Origin: Spirochaetales bacterium
Lineage (GTDB): Bacteria > Spirochaetota > Spirochaetia > JAIPGG01
Direction of reading: 5' to 3'
DNA length: 64,000 nt
Assembly: GCA_021736255.1 (NCBI GenBank)
Contig: JAIPGG010000003.1
Coordinates: 7,792 to 71,791 of the forward strand
Shown: positions 1-10,606 of the stretch, in pieces
Layout: the number at the start of each line of letters is the position of its first letter
Position numbering within the stretch: the stretch's first letter is position 1
Position numbers and translations under genes: made by a program
Notes under the pieces: model-generated
What the model was told of the DNA's origin: nothing
Databases searched by the model: none
What the model saw: only the letters and a program-made list of their open reading frames with translations

Positions 1-117
1 TTCGTTTTCGCTTTCTGCCGCAGGGCACGTATGAGCTCCTTTGTCCGTTTCTCTTGGAATATGTCCGGCAATTATGAAGAAAGGAAGAAACTCCGTCAAG
101 TGGAGCTGATCGGGTAT

Positions 118-1095
118 TTAAAAGAGTGAATCAAATCCCTTCTTTCCCCACTGGGAAGCGAGCTCTTCAAGAAAACGCTGACTCTCTTCCGGCCGGTACC
201 AGCGCACACCCGGCAGACTGCGGAAAAAGGAGAGCTGTCGCTTTGCATATCTGCGAGAGTGGAGTTGAATCTGCCGGCGGACATCCGCAAGGGTGGGACA
301 ACCAAACCGTTTCATATCGAAGAATTCCCTGTATCCGATAGCCTGCATGGCCGGATCCCCCAAGTGGTAACCCTTTTCCATCAAAGCTGCCGCTTCTTCG
401 CGCAATCCCAGATCGAACATCCTGTCTACCCGCCGATTGATCCTTTGATAGAGCTCTTCCCTTTCCCGGTAAAGGCCGGCAACAAAAAAGCTATATGACT
501 CTCGAAGGGTATCGGGTACGCGAAAGCCGGAGAGAGGCCGGCCGCTTGTATACAGGACTTCCAGGGCCCGTACGATCCGGTATCCGTCATTTTTTCCTAT
601 ACGTTCGGAGGAGAGTGGGTCTTTTTCCTCCAGTTCCGCGCGAAGGGAATCGAGACCCCCTTTATTCATTCGTTCGATGAGCCTGCGCCGAATATCCTTA
701 TCGCCCGGTGGAGTACGGGGGGCACCGAAGAGGAAGTGTTTGATGTAATAGGCTGTACCTCCGGACACTACCGGCAGGTGGCCGCGCCGGCTTACCTTTT
801 GGACGGCATCATCGGCCAAGCGGATAAATTCTCCGACGGTATACTGAGAGGCAGGATCTTTTTGATCGACGAGATGATGAGGCAAGCGTTCCAGCGTTAC
901 CCGGTCGGGCTGGGCGGTCCCGATATGTAAACCGCGGTAGATCTGCATCGAATCAGCGTTGATTATCTCCGCCTGCGGACCGCTCCTGCCTGCAAAACAT
1001 CGGAGCAGAAACTCCGTCTTCCCCACGGCAGTGGGTCCGAAGAGCACCAGAACCCGCTGAACCGAGCCGAGCTCAGTCTTCGATTCGGTATTCAA
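118..1095 (-). CDS. miaA: tRNA dimethylallyltransferase
   Basis: 325-aa ORF with P-loop LFGPTAVGKTE and an IPP-transferase-like body (INADSMQIYRGLHIGTAQP, HHLVD). The listed start is a TTG overlapping rpoZ by 23 nt, so the true start may be slightly downstream. Confidence 0.85.
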   Translation of the reverse strand: MNTESKTELGSVQRVLVLFGPTAVGKTEFLLRCFAGRSGPQAEIINADSMQIYRGLHIGTAQPDRVTLERLPHHLVDQKDPASQYTVGEFIRLADDAVQKVSRRGHLPVVSGGTAYYIKHFLFGAPRTPPGDKDIRRRLIERMNKGGLDSLRAELEEKDPLSSERIGKNDGYRIVRALEVLYTSGRPLSGFRVPDTLRESYSFFVAGLYREREELYQRINRRVDRMFDLGLREEAAALMEKGYHLGDPAMQAIGYREFFDMKRFGCPTLADVRRQIQLHSRRYAKRQLSFFRSLPGVRWYRPEESQRFLEELASQWGKKGFDSLF

Positions 1096-1267
1096 CCTTG
1101 TTCGTAAGAATCTGTTTTATTGCGGTGGATACAACCTTTCCGTTATTCTTCTCCAGCTCTTCATCGCCGGTGACGGTTAACTGGTATGCTCGGCGAATAG
1201 CTGCGCAGGTTAATTCATACATATTATCATCATTCCCGATGAGCAAATCCAGGGGAAGTATCATCAC
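1073..1267 (-). CDS. rpoZ: DNA-directed RNA polymerase subunit omega
   Basis: 64-aa ORF with the omega-like motif NMYELTCAAIRRAYQL. Its position after the yicC and kinase genes mirrors the yloC-gmk-rpoZ type neighbourhood. Confidence 0.6.
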   Translation of the reverse strand: MMILPLDLLIGNDDNMYELTCAAIRRAYQLTVTGDEELEKNNGKVVSTAIKQILTNKVEYRIED

Positions 1268-1343
1268 GAATCTCCTTTGGAATCAATAAATTATCTTGTA
1301 AAAAAATATCTCAATCACATACTACCGAGAAATATAGGTAATG

Positions 1344-1883
1344 TCAAAGCTTCCGAACCGCATCAATAACAATCTGCGCGGTTTGCTCTATGTTATTCTT
1401 TTCGGTGTCGATTACCAGATCGGCCGTTTCGCGGTAGCGATTGTTGTCTATGCCGTAGAGTTTGAGATAACGGTCATGGTCCCGCTGATCCCGTTCCCGG
1501 GTTTTCTCTCGAACCGCTTCGAGATCCCCTCCTTCCCGCTGCTGGATTCGTTTTGCCCGGACCTCGAGGGATGCATCGAGAAAAATCTTGAGATCGGCAT
1601 CCTTCATCATCCAGATAGCAAGCCGCGAACCGAGCACGCAGTTACCTTTCGAGGCCATTTCCACCTGCCTTGTGTCGAGGTATCGGTCCCAAGAGGGATC
1701 TGTTTCCGCCAGTTCCCTCAACTGATCGAAGGATATGCCCTGTTCATCGGCGATGGTATGAAAGGTATAGTTCACTACATGCAGCCCGAGTCGTTCGGCC
1801 ACTACACGGGAAACAGTGGAATTTCCACAACCGCTTTTTCCGGATATTGCAATTATTATTGAAGGTGTGCTCTTATTCGACAT
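1344..1883 (-). CDS. cytidylate kinase family protein (short, archaeal-type)
   Basis: 179 aa with Walker A ISGKSGCGNSTVSRVVAERLGL and a small NMP-kinase size. It overlaps the yicC stop by 11 nt. Confidence 0.65.
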   Translation of the reverse strand: MSNKSTPSIIIAISGKSGCGNSTVSRVVAERLGLHVVNYTFHTIADEQGISFDQLRELAETDPSWDRYLDTRQVEMASKGNCVLGSRLAIWMMKDADLKIFLDASLEVRAKRIQQREGGDLEAVREKTRERDQRDHDRYLKLYGIDNNRYRETADLVIDTEKNNIEQTAQIVIDAVRKL

Positions 1884-2739
1884 TTCGAAGCTGCTCCCGA
1901 ATCTTTTCCACGGCCTCTTTCATGTCCACTACCAGGTTGCTGATGGACACATCCGTAGATTTCGAGCCGATCGTGTTTACCTCTCTATTGATCTCCTGAC
2001 ATATAAAATCCAGACGCTTGCCAACCGTTCCTTCTCCGGAAGCGATCGACCGAAAATTATCGAGATGAGACCGCAATCGGGCAATTTCCTCTCCGATATC
2101 GTACCGGGAAAGGATCACTGCTGTTTCCGAAAGATAGCGGTTTTCATCGATCCTGTTTCCGAGAACTTCTTGAAACTTCTGCAGCAGATCATCTTTGAGT
2201 CGCTGCTGCTCTGCCGGGACGAGCTCGCTTATCCTGTCCAGTCCAGACTGTAATGCAGCAAGATGTGTATCGATATCCGTACGGGTAGCCTCTCCCTCGC
2301 GAATCCTGGCTTGTTCAAACGCTTCGAAACAGAGCTCCAGCTCCTCTTCGATAACCGAACGGAAACTTTCAGCGTCTCGGCGGTATTCCGTCTTCAAAAC
2401 CCCTTCGAGCTGAATAACGGAGTCGAGTTTTACCGTATCTTCGAGCCCTTCCAATTCAATGAGTTCCCGCAAAGCCTTGGTGTAAGCGGAAGCGGTCCGG
2501 CGATCGATGTGGACGGTCAGGTCCTCTTCGAGCAAGCGAAGGCGTACGGAGATTTCCACCCGCCCACGAAGCACCCGCTTCCCTGTGAGCTCACGAATGA
2601 CCGGATCGAGAGGCCCTAGAAAACCCGGCAGATTCACCGCTATATCCAGATACCGATTGTTGAATGCCTTGAGCTCGATATTTAGCAGATAGGATTCGCT
2701 GGCCCGTTCCCTGTATGCATAGCCTGTCATACTCTTCAT
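1873..2739 (-). CDS. yicC: YicC/YloC family stress-induced protein (endoribonuclease family)
   Basis: 288 aa with the hallmark N-terminus MKSMTGYA and a C-terminal DUF1732-like segment KRLDFICQEINREVNTIGSK. Confidence 0.85.
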   Translation of the reverse strand: MKSMTGYAYRERASESYLLNIELKAFNNRYLDIAVNLPGFLGPLDPVIRELTGKRVLRGRVEISVRLRLLEEDLTVHIDRRTASAYTKALRELIELEGLEDTVKLDSVIQLEGVLKTEYRRDAESFRSVIEEELELCFEAFEQARIREGEATRTDIDTHLAALQSGLDRISELVPAEQQRLKDDLLQKFQEVLGNRIDENRYLSETAVILSRYDIGEEIARLRSHLDNFRSIASGEGTVGKRLDFICQEINREVNTIGSKSTDVSISNLVVDMKEAVEKIREQLRNVE

Positions 2740-2753
2740 ATTTTTCGTGCTCC

Positions 2754-4397
2754 TTAGATTCTTCCGTTTTCGGATGTTTCTTTATACAGTTCTCTGCCGA
2801 GTTTCCAATTGTCTCCGGCCCCCATGGTCAGAAAAAGGTCCCCTTCCTGCAGCTGTTCTCTGCAAAAAACCAACGAATCCATAACAGCCGGGAAATAATG
2901 AACATCCCGGTGGTGTGCCCGTACTTTCCGGTAGAGGGTCTCCCCGTTCACATCACCTCCTGCCTCCTCCCGGGCCGAAGCATAGATGTCATGAAGGATG
3001 AGCAGATCCGCCTCCCCGAAGGAATCGGCAAACTCATCAATCAGGGCTGCTGTGCGTGAGTAGGTATGAGACATAAAATCGACAACCAGCCGGCGGTCCG
3101 GAAAAAACCTGCGAATGCCCTCGAGGGTCGTCCGAATAGCGGTCGGGTGATGGGCATAATCGTCCATAAAAATGATTCCTCCCGCTTCTCCGATGATTTC
3201 GCTGCGCCGTTTGCTGCCGGAAAAATGCTTCAGCCCTTCTTCGATTGCATCCATTTGCAGGCCGTTGGGGTTTTCTCCGCCGCTCTGTTCAAGGGAGAGT
3301 TCAAGAGTAAGAGCCACAGCGGCAGCTGCGTTCAGAACACTGTGTTTTCCGGGAACACGGAGCGACAGGGTGCGATCCCATCCCGCGAGGCGAAAAAGAG
3401 AACGCTCGTCCTCAACCCGGTAATCCATCACCCGATAGGGGCCGGTTGCCGCGAACCCGTAGGGAAGCAGCCGAAGATCGGGCCGTTTCCCGGCGATACT
3501 ATCAACGGTTTCCACCGCTCCCCCGTCGTCCGCACAGTATATGACGGTTCCCCCGGCCGGCAAGCGGTCGAGAAAGCTCAGAAAAGCAGACCGGATATCA
3601 TCATAATCCCGATAATAGTCGAGATGGTCAGCCTCTACACTGGTCAGAATAATCCTGTGGGGATGAAAATGGAGGAAGTTTCTTCGATATTCACAGGTTT
3701 CAGCTATAAAATATTTACTGCCCAGTCTCAAAGTGGATCTCCCGGCAAAGCTGCTAACCGCTGAGCCTGCGAGAATGGTAGCAGGGAGATCGAGAGCACG
3801 CAGCAGTTCTCCGGCCAAAGCGGTTGTTGTCGTCTTGCCGTGTACTCCTGCCACAGCTGACGAATCAAAGCGAGCAGAAAGTATGCCGAGGGCCTCAGGA
3901 TAGCTTATTCGCGGTATTCCGAGCTCTTTCGCTCTGGAAAGTTCAGGATTATCCTCAGGATCGTAGGCAGCGGAATAAATTACAATGTCGGGTTTTCTGC
4001 GTCCTGCTGCGGAGGACTTCTCCCGGCCCCCTTCGATATGCTCGCCGTGAAAACCCGTTAAGACGGGCACGCCGATCTCCTTCAAAACAGCATCGGTGTA
4101 AAAGACTTCCTCTACATCGGAACCGATAACATCCGCTTTCTCAGCCGTGAAAAGTTCGGCCAGAGCGGTCATTCCGGTACCTTTGATTCCGACCATGTAA
4201 ATCGAAAAGCCCTCGAGGTTTTCCGGAAGGAGATAGTTATGATTTTGCAGCTGCCGGCACCCATCTCCCGAATCCTCGGATCCTGAATCGGCGGCCTGGG
4301 AGGATGAACTGTTTCGATTCATAACCGGATCATAGAGAAAGGAATCTTCTTTTTCAAGAAGAAAAAACGGGACCGGCCTCAGCGACCGGTCCCGCAT
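2754..4397 (-). CDS. murC: UDP-N-acetylmuramate--L-alanine ligase
   Basis: Mur ligase motifs GIKGTGMTALAELF, AGVHGKTTTTA and DDYAHHPTAI. It has a long Ser/Asp-rich N-terminal extension, and an alternative start at M26 (4322) is possible. Confidence 0.75.
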   Translation of the reverse strand: MRDRSLRPVPFFLLEKEDSFLYDPVMNRNSSSSQAADSGSEDSGDGCRQLQNHNYLLPENLEGFSIYMVGIKGTGMTALAELFTAEKADVIGSDVEEVFYTDAVLKEIGVPVLTGFHGEHIEGGREKSSAAGRRKPDIVIYSAAYDPEDNPELSRAKELGIPRISYPEALGILSARFDSSAVAGVHGKTTTTALAGELLRALDLPATILAGSAVSSFAGRSTLRLGSKYFIAETCEYRRNFLHFHPHRIILTSVEADHLDYYRDYDDIRSAFLSFLDRLPAGGTVIYCADDGGAVETVDSIAGKRPDLRLLPYGFAATGPYRVMDYRVEDERSLFRLAGWDRTLSLRVPGKHSVLNAAAAVALTLELSLEQSGGENPNGLQMDAIEEGLKHFSGSKRRSEIIGEAGGIIFMDDYAHHPTAIRTTLEGIRRFFPDRRLVVDFMSHTYSRTAALIDEFADSFGEADLLILHDIYASAREEAGGDVNGETLYRKVRAHHRDVHYFPAVMDSLVFCREQLQEGDLFLTMGAGDNWKLGRELYKETSENGRI

Positions 4398-4421
4398 TAA
4401 TGTTTCTTTGAAAAAAACGGC

Positions 4422-6974
4422 TTATGTTGCTACAGGAAGTTCGGCTTTTTCCTGTGAAGCCTCATTTTTCTGGTTTTGTTTTTTCGAACCCTTTTTCGAT
4501 CGGTTTCTGCTGCGGAAATTGATCTTTCCGTTCCGTACCTCAACGGCAATGGTACTTCCGGCCTTGAACCGTCCCTTAAGAATTTCCATTGCCAGGGCAT
4601 CTTCGACATCCCGTTGCAGCACCCTTCTCAGTGGACGGGCACCGTACTTGACGTCGTAACCCTTTTCGATAAGATACTCCCGGGCCCCCTTGCTGAATTC
4701 GAGGGTGATATCGCTGTCGGCCAGCCGCTCCTGCACTTCGCCGATCATAATTTCGAGTATATTTCTGACCTCTGATTCAGTCAGACTGTGAAAAACCACG
4801 ATTTCATCGACTCGGTTGATAAACTCGGGGCGAAAACTCTTTTTGAGTTCCGTCATCGCGGAAGATTTAATCTCGTTATGGTCCATAATCCCTTCGCGTG
4901 TAGTGAATCCTACAGAGTTATCGAAGGTGATTTGCCGCGCTCCTGAATTCGAGGTCATGATGAGAACCGTATTCCGGAAAGAAACCTTATGGCCCAGGTT
5001 GTCCTGCAACTCTCCCTCTTCCAGTACCTGGAGGAGCAGGTTGAATACATCGGGATGGGCCTTTTCTATCTCATCGAGCAGTATCACACTGTACGGTCTG
5101 CGCCGCACCTTTTCGGTCAATAGCCCCCCTTCTTCATACCCGACATAACCGGGAGGGGCTCCCACGAGCCTGGAGACATTATGTTTCTCCATGAAGTCCG
5201 ACATATCTATTCGGATAAGTGCATCATCGTTCCCGAAAAGGAACTCGGCTAGGGTTTTGGCAAGCAGGGTTTTCCCGACTCCCGTGGGACCGAGAAAGAT
5301 AAACGATCCGAGCGGGCGTGTCGGTGCACTGAGTCCGGTTCTCGAACGACGTATTGCCGAGGAAACCGAAGCAATCGCATCGTTCTGGCCGACAACCGTT
5401 TTGTGCAGTTCATCTTCGATATGGAGAAGTTTGGCGGATTCGCTCTCTGCAAGCCGCTGAAGCGGTATGCCGGTGACTTCGGAGATAATGCGCTGAATAT
5501 CTTCGTCGTCGACCAGATTTTGCTCATTTTTGAGAGCAACCTTCCAGTTTTCCTTCATATCCTCGATTTGGTCCTTGAGCTGCCGGATTCGATCCCGTAC
5601 TGCAGCAGCCTTTTCATAATTCTGGTTGTTCACCAGGGTAATCTTTTCCGAGTTGAGTTGTTCGACGTCCTGCTCGAGTTCACGGATCTCTTTCGGCTGG
5701 ACACTGGTGTTTATCCGCTTGCGAGATCCTGCCTCGTCTATCAGGTCGATGGCCTTGTCCGGGAGGTATCGATCGGTAATGTATCGTTTCGAAAGTCTGG
5801 CGGCTATTTCGATAGCTCCCTGCGTGTAACTTACGTTATGAAAATCCTCGTACTGTTTGCTAACACCTTTGATAATGTCTACCGTTTCCTCTACACTCGG
5901 CTCATCGACAAAAATAGGCTGGAAACGGCGCTCAAGGGCGGCGTCTTTTTCTATATGCTTCTTATACTCGTTGAGCGTAGTTGCACCGATACACTGGATC
6001 TCACCCCGGGATAGGGCGGGCTTGAGCATGTTAGAAGCGTCGATCGCTCCCTCCGCCCCTCCGGCACCGATAATCGTGTGGAGTTCGTCGATAAAGAGAA
6101 TCACATTATCCGCCTGGATTATTTCTTTCATAACCCGTTTCAGACGTTCTTCGAACTCGCCCCGGTACTTGGTACCGGCAATGAGCGAAGCAAGATCGAG
6201 AGTCATGACCCGGTTGTTCAAAAGAACCTCCGGTGCAGTACCTTCGATGATTCGCTGAGCAAGTCCTTCGACTATGGCGGTTTTTCCTACTCCGGGCTCT
6301 CCGATGAGGACAGGATTGTTCTTCGTTCTCCTGGCAAGTATCTGAATAACCCGCTGGATCTCCCTGGTTCGTCCTACCACGGGGTCGAGTTCCTTCTCCC
6401 GTGCATAAGCAGTAAGATCCCTGGAAAACTCGTCCAATGTCGGCGTTGTCTTCTTCGTTGTTGTCTGCTGCTTTCTTTTCTGAGCCTGCTGTGCCTGAGA
6501 GGAAGAAGACTGCTTGTTCTTTTGCGTCTCCTTGGACTCGGCGTTCATCTCGATAATCACTTTCCTCAGTTTGTCAGGGTCAACCGAATGATGAGTAAAA
6601 AAGCGTTCTACCGTACTGCCTTTTTCCGTTGACGCAGCCAGTAATAGATGTTCGGTGCCGATATACTCATGGCTGAGATTCTTCGCTTCTTCAGCGGAAT
6701 CCTCGAGCAGCCTCTTACCCCGTTTCGAGGGAGGAATATCTCCGAGGATAAACCCGCCCTGTTTTTTGGGAATATTCTTTTCGAGTTCGAGCTGAAGCTC
6801 GACCGGGTCGATTTTTAACTGTTTCAGGACTTTAAAGCCCAATCCTTCACCGTCTTTAAGAACGGCAAGTATAATATGTTCCGGGAGAAGCTGATCGGAA
6901 TGAAACCGCTTTGCCTCTTCCTGTGCGAGAATAGTCAGTATTCGCTGTGCTCGTTGTGTCAATCCCTTAAACAT
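4422..6974 (-). CDS. clpC: ATP-dependent Clp protease ATP-binding subunit ClpC
   Basis: Double Clp_N repeat, two AAA modules (GEPGVGKTA and GPTGVGKT) and a UVR-like middle coiled coil. I take the start as [10 protein letters not shown] (ATG at 6974), just after the mcsB stop. Confidence 0.9.
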   Translation of the reverse strand: MFKGLTQRAQRILTILAQEEAKRFHSDQLLPEHIILAVLKDGEGLGFKVLKQLKIDPVELQLELEKNIPKKQGGFILGDIPPSKRGKRLLEDSAEEAKNLSHEYIGTEHLLLAASTEKGSTVERFFTHHSVDPDKLRKVIIEMNAESKETQKNKQSSSSQAQQAQKRKQQTTTKKTTPTLDEFSRDLTAYAREKELDPVVGRTREIQRVIQILARRTKNNPVLIGEPGVGKTAIVEGLAQRIIEGTAPEVLLNNRVMTLDLASLIAGTKYRGEFEERLKRVMKEIIQADNVILFIDELHTIIGAGGAEGAIDASNMLKPALSRGEIQCIGATTLNEYKKHIEKDAALERRFQPIFVDEPSVEETVDIIKGVSKQYEDFHNVSYTQGAIEIAARLSKRYITDRYLPDKAIDLIDEAGSRKRINTSVQPKEIRELEQDVEQLNSEKITLVNNQNYEKAAAVRDRIRQLKDQIEDMKENWKVALKNEQNLVDDEDIQRIISEVTGIPLQRLAESESAKLLHIEDELHKTVVGQNDAIASVSSAIRRSRTGLSAPTRPLGSFIFLGPTGVGKTLLAKTLAEFLFGNDDALIRIDMSDFMEKHNVSRLVGAPPGYVGYEEGGLLTEKVRRRPYSVILLDEIEKAHPDVFNLLLQVLEEGELQDNLGHKVSFRNTVLIMTSNSGARQITFDNSVGFTTREGIMDHNEIKSSAMTELKKSFRPEFINRVDEIVVFHSLTESEVRNILEIMIGEVQERLADSDITLEFSKGAREYLIEKGYDVKYGARPLRRVLQRDVEDALAMEILKGRFKAGSTIAVEVRNGKINFRSRNRSKKGSKKQNQKNEASQEKAELPVAT

Positions 6975-8049
6975 CGGATCCCTCCGATCCCAGTTCATTC
7001 TGTAAGGTTGTACGGATCATACCTGCCCGCACATAGTTAATATAATCATTTTTCGCCCTTTCATCATCTTCTTCAATCAAAGATTGAATGTGGGCCTTCT
7101 GGCTGTAGAAAAGCAAACTGGTGATAGTTTCCGTCTTCAGCGCAGAAAGCAAACCCAGGGCAATTCCGAATCGCAGGGTGGCAAGCATTTCTATTGCTTC
7201 TGAAGCCGTTACCGTCCTGCAATGGGTAAGTAAACCCAAGGCTCGAAAAACCTTGTCTTCAACCGTTGTTCTCTGTTTTTCCAGCAGTTCTTCCCTCGCT
7301 TTTCGCTCATAATGTACTAGTTGAAGTGCTACTGCTTCAAGTTTTTCCATTATCTCCTGTTCCGACAGGCCGAAACCAAACTGGTTGGTAACCTGATACA
7401 TATTCCCGAGGGAGCTGTCTTCCTCCCCGGAAAAACTCTTTATCGTCAATCCGATCTGCATGGCGGTTTTTAACACCTTTTCGATCAATCCGGTCAACAC
7501 CAATGCCGGCAAATGAACCATAACCGAAGCACGCACACCGGTTCCTATATTCAAAATCTCGGTATTCAGATATCCGGCCTCAAGAGAAACCGCATAATTC
7601 AAGCGTTGTTCGAGCTTATCGTCAAGCTCTTGGAGCTCCCGGTTCGCCTCGTGGAGATTCAACCCTCCACGGAAACAGGCAGTCCTCAGATGGTCCACTT
7701 CACATATCATACCGCTGATACGCTCATCCTTCCGGAGGATAAACGGTTTTCTCTCGGCCACGATAAAATCATGGCTGAGGTAGTTCCGTTCCATCCAGAC
7801 CCGCCTCTGAAGAGGGCGATGATCGGAAAGAGTCCGTATATCGAAGTTGTTGTCCGAATTGACATCCACGAAGGCATCCTCGATAACTTTCTCTACGGAT
7901 TTTTCTTCCGATACGGAGATAGTCCCGGGAAACGGGTACCCTGCAAGGTTTCGTGACAACCGAACCCTGCTTGATACTACAATGTCGTTATCCCTGCCGC
8001 CTTCTGCATACCAGATCCCGGAATTTACATGCTCCCGGAGATCAATCAT
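6967..8049 (-). CDS. mcsB: protein arginine kinase (ATP:guanido phosphotransferase)
   Basis: Guanido-kinase core with CEVDHLR (NEEDHLRI-like), [11 protein letters not shown] and [15 protein letters not shown] chose the start MIDLREH at 8049, 4 nt after the mcsA stop. Confidence 0.85.
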   Translation of the reverse strand: MIDLREHVNSGIWYAEGGRDNDIVVSSRVRLSRNLAGYPFPGTISVSEEKSVEKVIEDAFVDVNSDNNFDIRTLSDHRPLQRRVWMERNYLSHDFIVAERKPFILRKDERISGMICEVDHLRTACFRGGLNLHEANRELQELDDKLEQRLNYAVSLEAGYLNTEILNIGTGVRASVMVHLPALVLTGLIEKVLKTAMQIGLTIKSFSGEEDSSLGNMYQVTNQFGFGLSEQEIMEKLEAVALQLVHYERKAREELLEKQRTTVEDKVFRALGLLTHCRTVTASEAIEMLATLRFGIALGLLSALKTETITSLLFYSQKAHIQSLIEEDDERAKNDYINYVRAGMIRTTLQNELGSEGSDV

Positions 8050-8548
8050 CCTTTTCCTCCACCGACCGTTCGAGGGCTCGTATCCGGTCCCGTATTCCGG
8101 CCGCTTCTTCATATGCTTCCCTCTCGACCGCTTCCTTCAGCTGTTTCTTGAGCTGTTCCCGATCGAAAAGAATAGTTTTATAGGTGGCGAGCTTTCGCGG
8201 ATATTTTCCCCGGTGCTGGGTAAAACCCGTCATATTCTTGAGCATAGAGGCAATATCCGTCTGGAATGCCTCGAAACAATCGGGACAACCCAGCAGACCA
8301 TCGTCACGAAACTGCTCGATGGTTTTCCCGCAGGAAGGGCAGACAGCCGAATCAGTTTCCCCTTCCTCGTCCACATCTACCAAACCGGTCAAAAGGCTGG
8401 AGAGGGAGAGTTCGACCCGGTTGTCATCGGTAGATATGCCCTTTTCTTTGGCACAGGCCGAGCAGAGATGAAGTTCCATAACCTCATTCCCCATGATCTG
8501 TTGGATATGTATTATTGCTTCTTCGTTTCCGCATATATCACATAGCAT
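8042..8548 (-). CDS. mcsA: McsA-like activator of arginine kinase (zinc-ribbon plus UVR domain)
   Basis: Cys pairs CDICG..CSAC and CPSCG..CPDC, plus a C-terminal UVR motif EAYEEAAGIRDRIRALE. It sits immediately upstream of mcsB-clpC. Confidence 0.75.
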   Translation of the reverse strand: MLCDICGNEEAIIHIQQIMGNEVMELHLCSACAKEKGISTDDNRVELSLSSLLTGLVDVDEEGETDSAVCPSCGKTIEQFRDDGLLGCPDCFEAFQTDIASMLKNMTGFTQHRGKYPRKLATYKTILFDREQLKKQLKEAVEREAYEEAAGIRDRIRALERSVEEKDD

Positions 8549-8609
8549 TATTCTTTCCCTTCACTATTTATGGTACGCAATTCCGGAGAATCTGTCGATA
8601 GAAGTCTGC

Positions 8610-9920
8610 TTATTGTTTTCTGAAAATATCCACTGGTGCAATTCGCCCGGCTCTTCGGGCAGGCAGGTATGAAGTCAAAGTGGAAAGAAAAACTGTCGCA
8701 CCACCAATTATCAGAGGTTCCCACATAGTAATTGATATCGGAATACGTTCAAGATAATAGACAGTACTGATAAAGTCAACATCGCTGTGAATTGATATCC
8801 CGAACGGTCGCATCAGAACACTCAGGCCGGCAGCTCCGGCGTTGAGAAAGATTTCAACGGCAGCAAAAATTTCGTTGATATTAACGGAGACGAGCATGCC
8901 GCCGGCAATCCCTAAGATTGAGCCGACCAGCCCGATTCCGAAGCCGGCTGCGGTGAAAGCGAATACCAAATCCCCGGGAGAGGTCCCAAAACTCTTCATC
9001 ACGCCGATTTCCTGGCGCTTATCCAATACCAGCATAACCATGGAGGAAGAGATATTCACAACCGCCACCAGGATGATGATTATCATGATAAAGGCAAGAA
9101 GCGAACGGGTTGTCTGAAAGGACTTGTACTGGGCCTTTTCTATATCATACCAGCTGAGAGTCCACCAATCACTCCCGGTAAGCTGTCTTACCATCCCCGA
9201 GACGCGCTCGAGCTCCTCGAAGGGTTTATCCATTTTTATCCCGATATATTGAGTAGAGGTGGAGGGGTCGAGGATAGCCATCCCGGTTTCGTGGGGAAGA
9301 AAGACCCAAAGAGCATCGAGTTCCCGGTAGCCTGTTGATACAATTCCCTCGACGTTCAACCGGGTTATACGGGGTACCATACGCCCCCCCGGCATCATTT
9401 TTACCGTCAGCAGAAGATATTCATCACCCGGGCCAAGCCTCAGATCCTCGGCAACCCCCTCACCGATGACAGCAGAATTCTTTGACTCCAGATTGAACCG
9501 CCCCTCGACAACCTCCAGATACTCACGAAACCCCTCATCTTCGCGGTAAATGTCCGGCGGAACCGATCGGACGGTAACTCCGCTCGAACCGGATGAATAA
9601 CGGGCAATACCCAGGCCCCGCCGTTCGATAGCTGCAGCCTGTACCGGTTCCAGCCGGGACACCGCTTCGCGGGTTCTTTCATATCCTTCGATTCCCTGAG
9701 GGGTAAGGCTCCTGAGCTGCAGATGATAGGTTCCGACCTCGAGATAGCGATTTGTGATCCCCTGTATCATTCCGTCTGCAACCGAGGAAACTACAAACAG
9801 AGGGACAAGGCTGAAAGCAATGCCCAGGATTCCCCACCGAACCTGCCGGCCGAGATAGGAACCGCTCCGCTGATGAAAGATAAGCCGGAAACTGTACCAG
9901 AGGGAAACACCGATGTTCAT
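8610..9920 (-). CDS. ABC transporter permease, FtsX/LolC-LolE family
   Basis: 436 aa with an N-terminal TM helix, a large periplasmic MacB-like domain and a C-terminal FtsX 3-TM bundle. There is a 4-nt overlap with the upstream ATPase gene. Confidence 0.75.
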   Translation of the reverse strand: MNIGVSLWYSFRLIFHQRSGSYLGRQVRWGILGIAFSLVPLFVVSSVADGMIQGITNRYLEVGTYHLQLRSLTPQGIEGYERTREAVSRLEPVQAAAIERRGLGIARYSSGSSGVTVRSVPPDIYREDEGFREYLEVVEGRFNLESKNSAVIGEGVAEDLRLGPGDEYLLLTVKMMPGGRMVPRITRLNVEGIVSTGYRELDALWVFLPHETGMAILDPSTSTQYIGIKMDKPFEELERVSGMVRQLTGSDWWTLSWYDIEKAQYKSFQTTRSLLAFIMIIIILVAVVNISSSMVMLVLDKRQEIGVMKSFGTSPGDLVFAFTAAGFGIGLVGSILGIAGGMLVSVNINEIFAAVEIFLNAGAAGLSVLMRPFGISIHSDVDFISTVYYLERIPISITMWEPLIIGGATVFLSTLTSYLPARRAGRIAPVDIFRKQ

Positions 9921-10606
9921 GCTTCGTGCAGCCGTCCATGTTCAAGGACAAAGCTTTTGTCTCCGCGGGATGCTATTGCCGTATCATGGGTAACCAGAAT
10001 CATGGCTGCCCCGTGTTTTTTCACAATGGAGAACAACATGCCTTCCACCATCCTCGAATTGTGCTCATCAAGATTGCCGGTCGGTTCATCTGCCAGGATT
10101 ATCCTCGGGTTATTTATCAGAGCCCGGGCCACGGCAACCCGTTGTCTTTCCCCGCCGGAAAGCTGGATAGGATAGTGATCGGCTCTCTCGAGCAGTCCGA
10201 CTTCTTCCAGCAGACTGTCACTCTGGCACTCGGCTTCTGCGCGCTCCATTCCTCGGATACGCGCCGGAAGATAAAGATTCTCCCTGGCGGTAAAATCCTT
10301 GAGTAGATAGTGGAATTGAAAAACAAAGCCGACAACATCCCTCCGAAAAGCCGTGAGTTCATATTCACTCAAGGTATCGATTCGCTGTCCATCGACCTCC
10401 AGCTCTCCGGAATCGCTGTGATCGAGCCCGCCGATAATGTGAAGGAGGGTGCTCTTTCCGCTTCCACTCTCTCCCATGATGGAGGCGCAGGTACTGCTTT
10501 CCAATTCAAAATCAAGATCCTCGAGAACCCGCAGGTTCTCTGCAGAGGTTCGATACTGTTTGTTCAAACCGGAAACCCGGATCAAGGTATCAGCCATAAA
10601 TTTCAC
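9917..10606 (-). CDS. lolD: ABC transporter ATP-binding protein (LolD-like)
   Basis: Walker A GESGSGKST, signature LSGGERQR and Walker B ILADEPTGNLD. It is flanked by two FtsX-type permease genes. Confidence 0.85.
   Translation of the reverse strand: MKFMADTLIRVSGLNKQYRTSAENLRVLEDLDFELESSTCASIMGESGSGKSTLLHIIGGLDHSDSGELEVDGQRIDTLSEYELTAFRRDVVGFVFQFHYLLKDFTARENLYLPARIRGMERAEAECQSDSLLEEVGLLERADHYPIQLSGGERQRVAVARALINNPRIILADEPTGNLDEHNSRMVEGMLFSIVKKHGAAMILVTHDTAIASRGDKSFVLEHGRLHEA

Noticed and set aside
1-129. An open plus-strand frame runs from the window edge to a TGA at 127-129. There is also a possible minus-strand GTG start at 28 preceded by AAAGGAG.
   Set aside because: It is too short, sits at the window edge and has no recognisable protein motif. 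I cannot decide which strand, if either, is coding.
8549-8609. I looked for a CtsR operator (tandem GGTCAAA-type heptads) or a strong promoter upstream of mcsA.
   Set aside because: No such repeat is present, and the only -35/-10 candidates are weak. The module is probably read through from the upstream lol-like genes.
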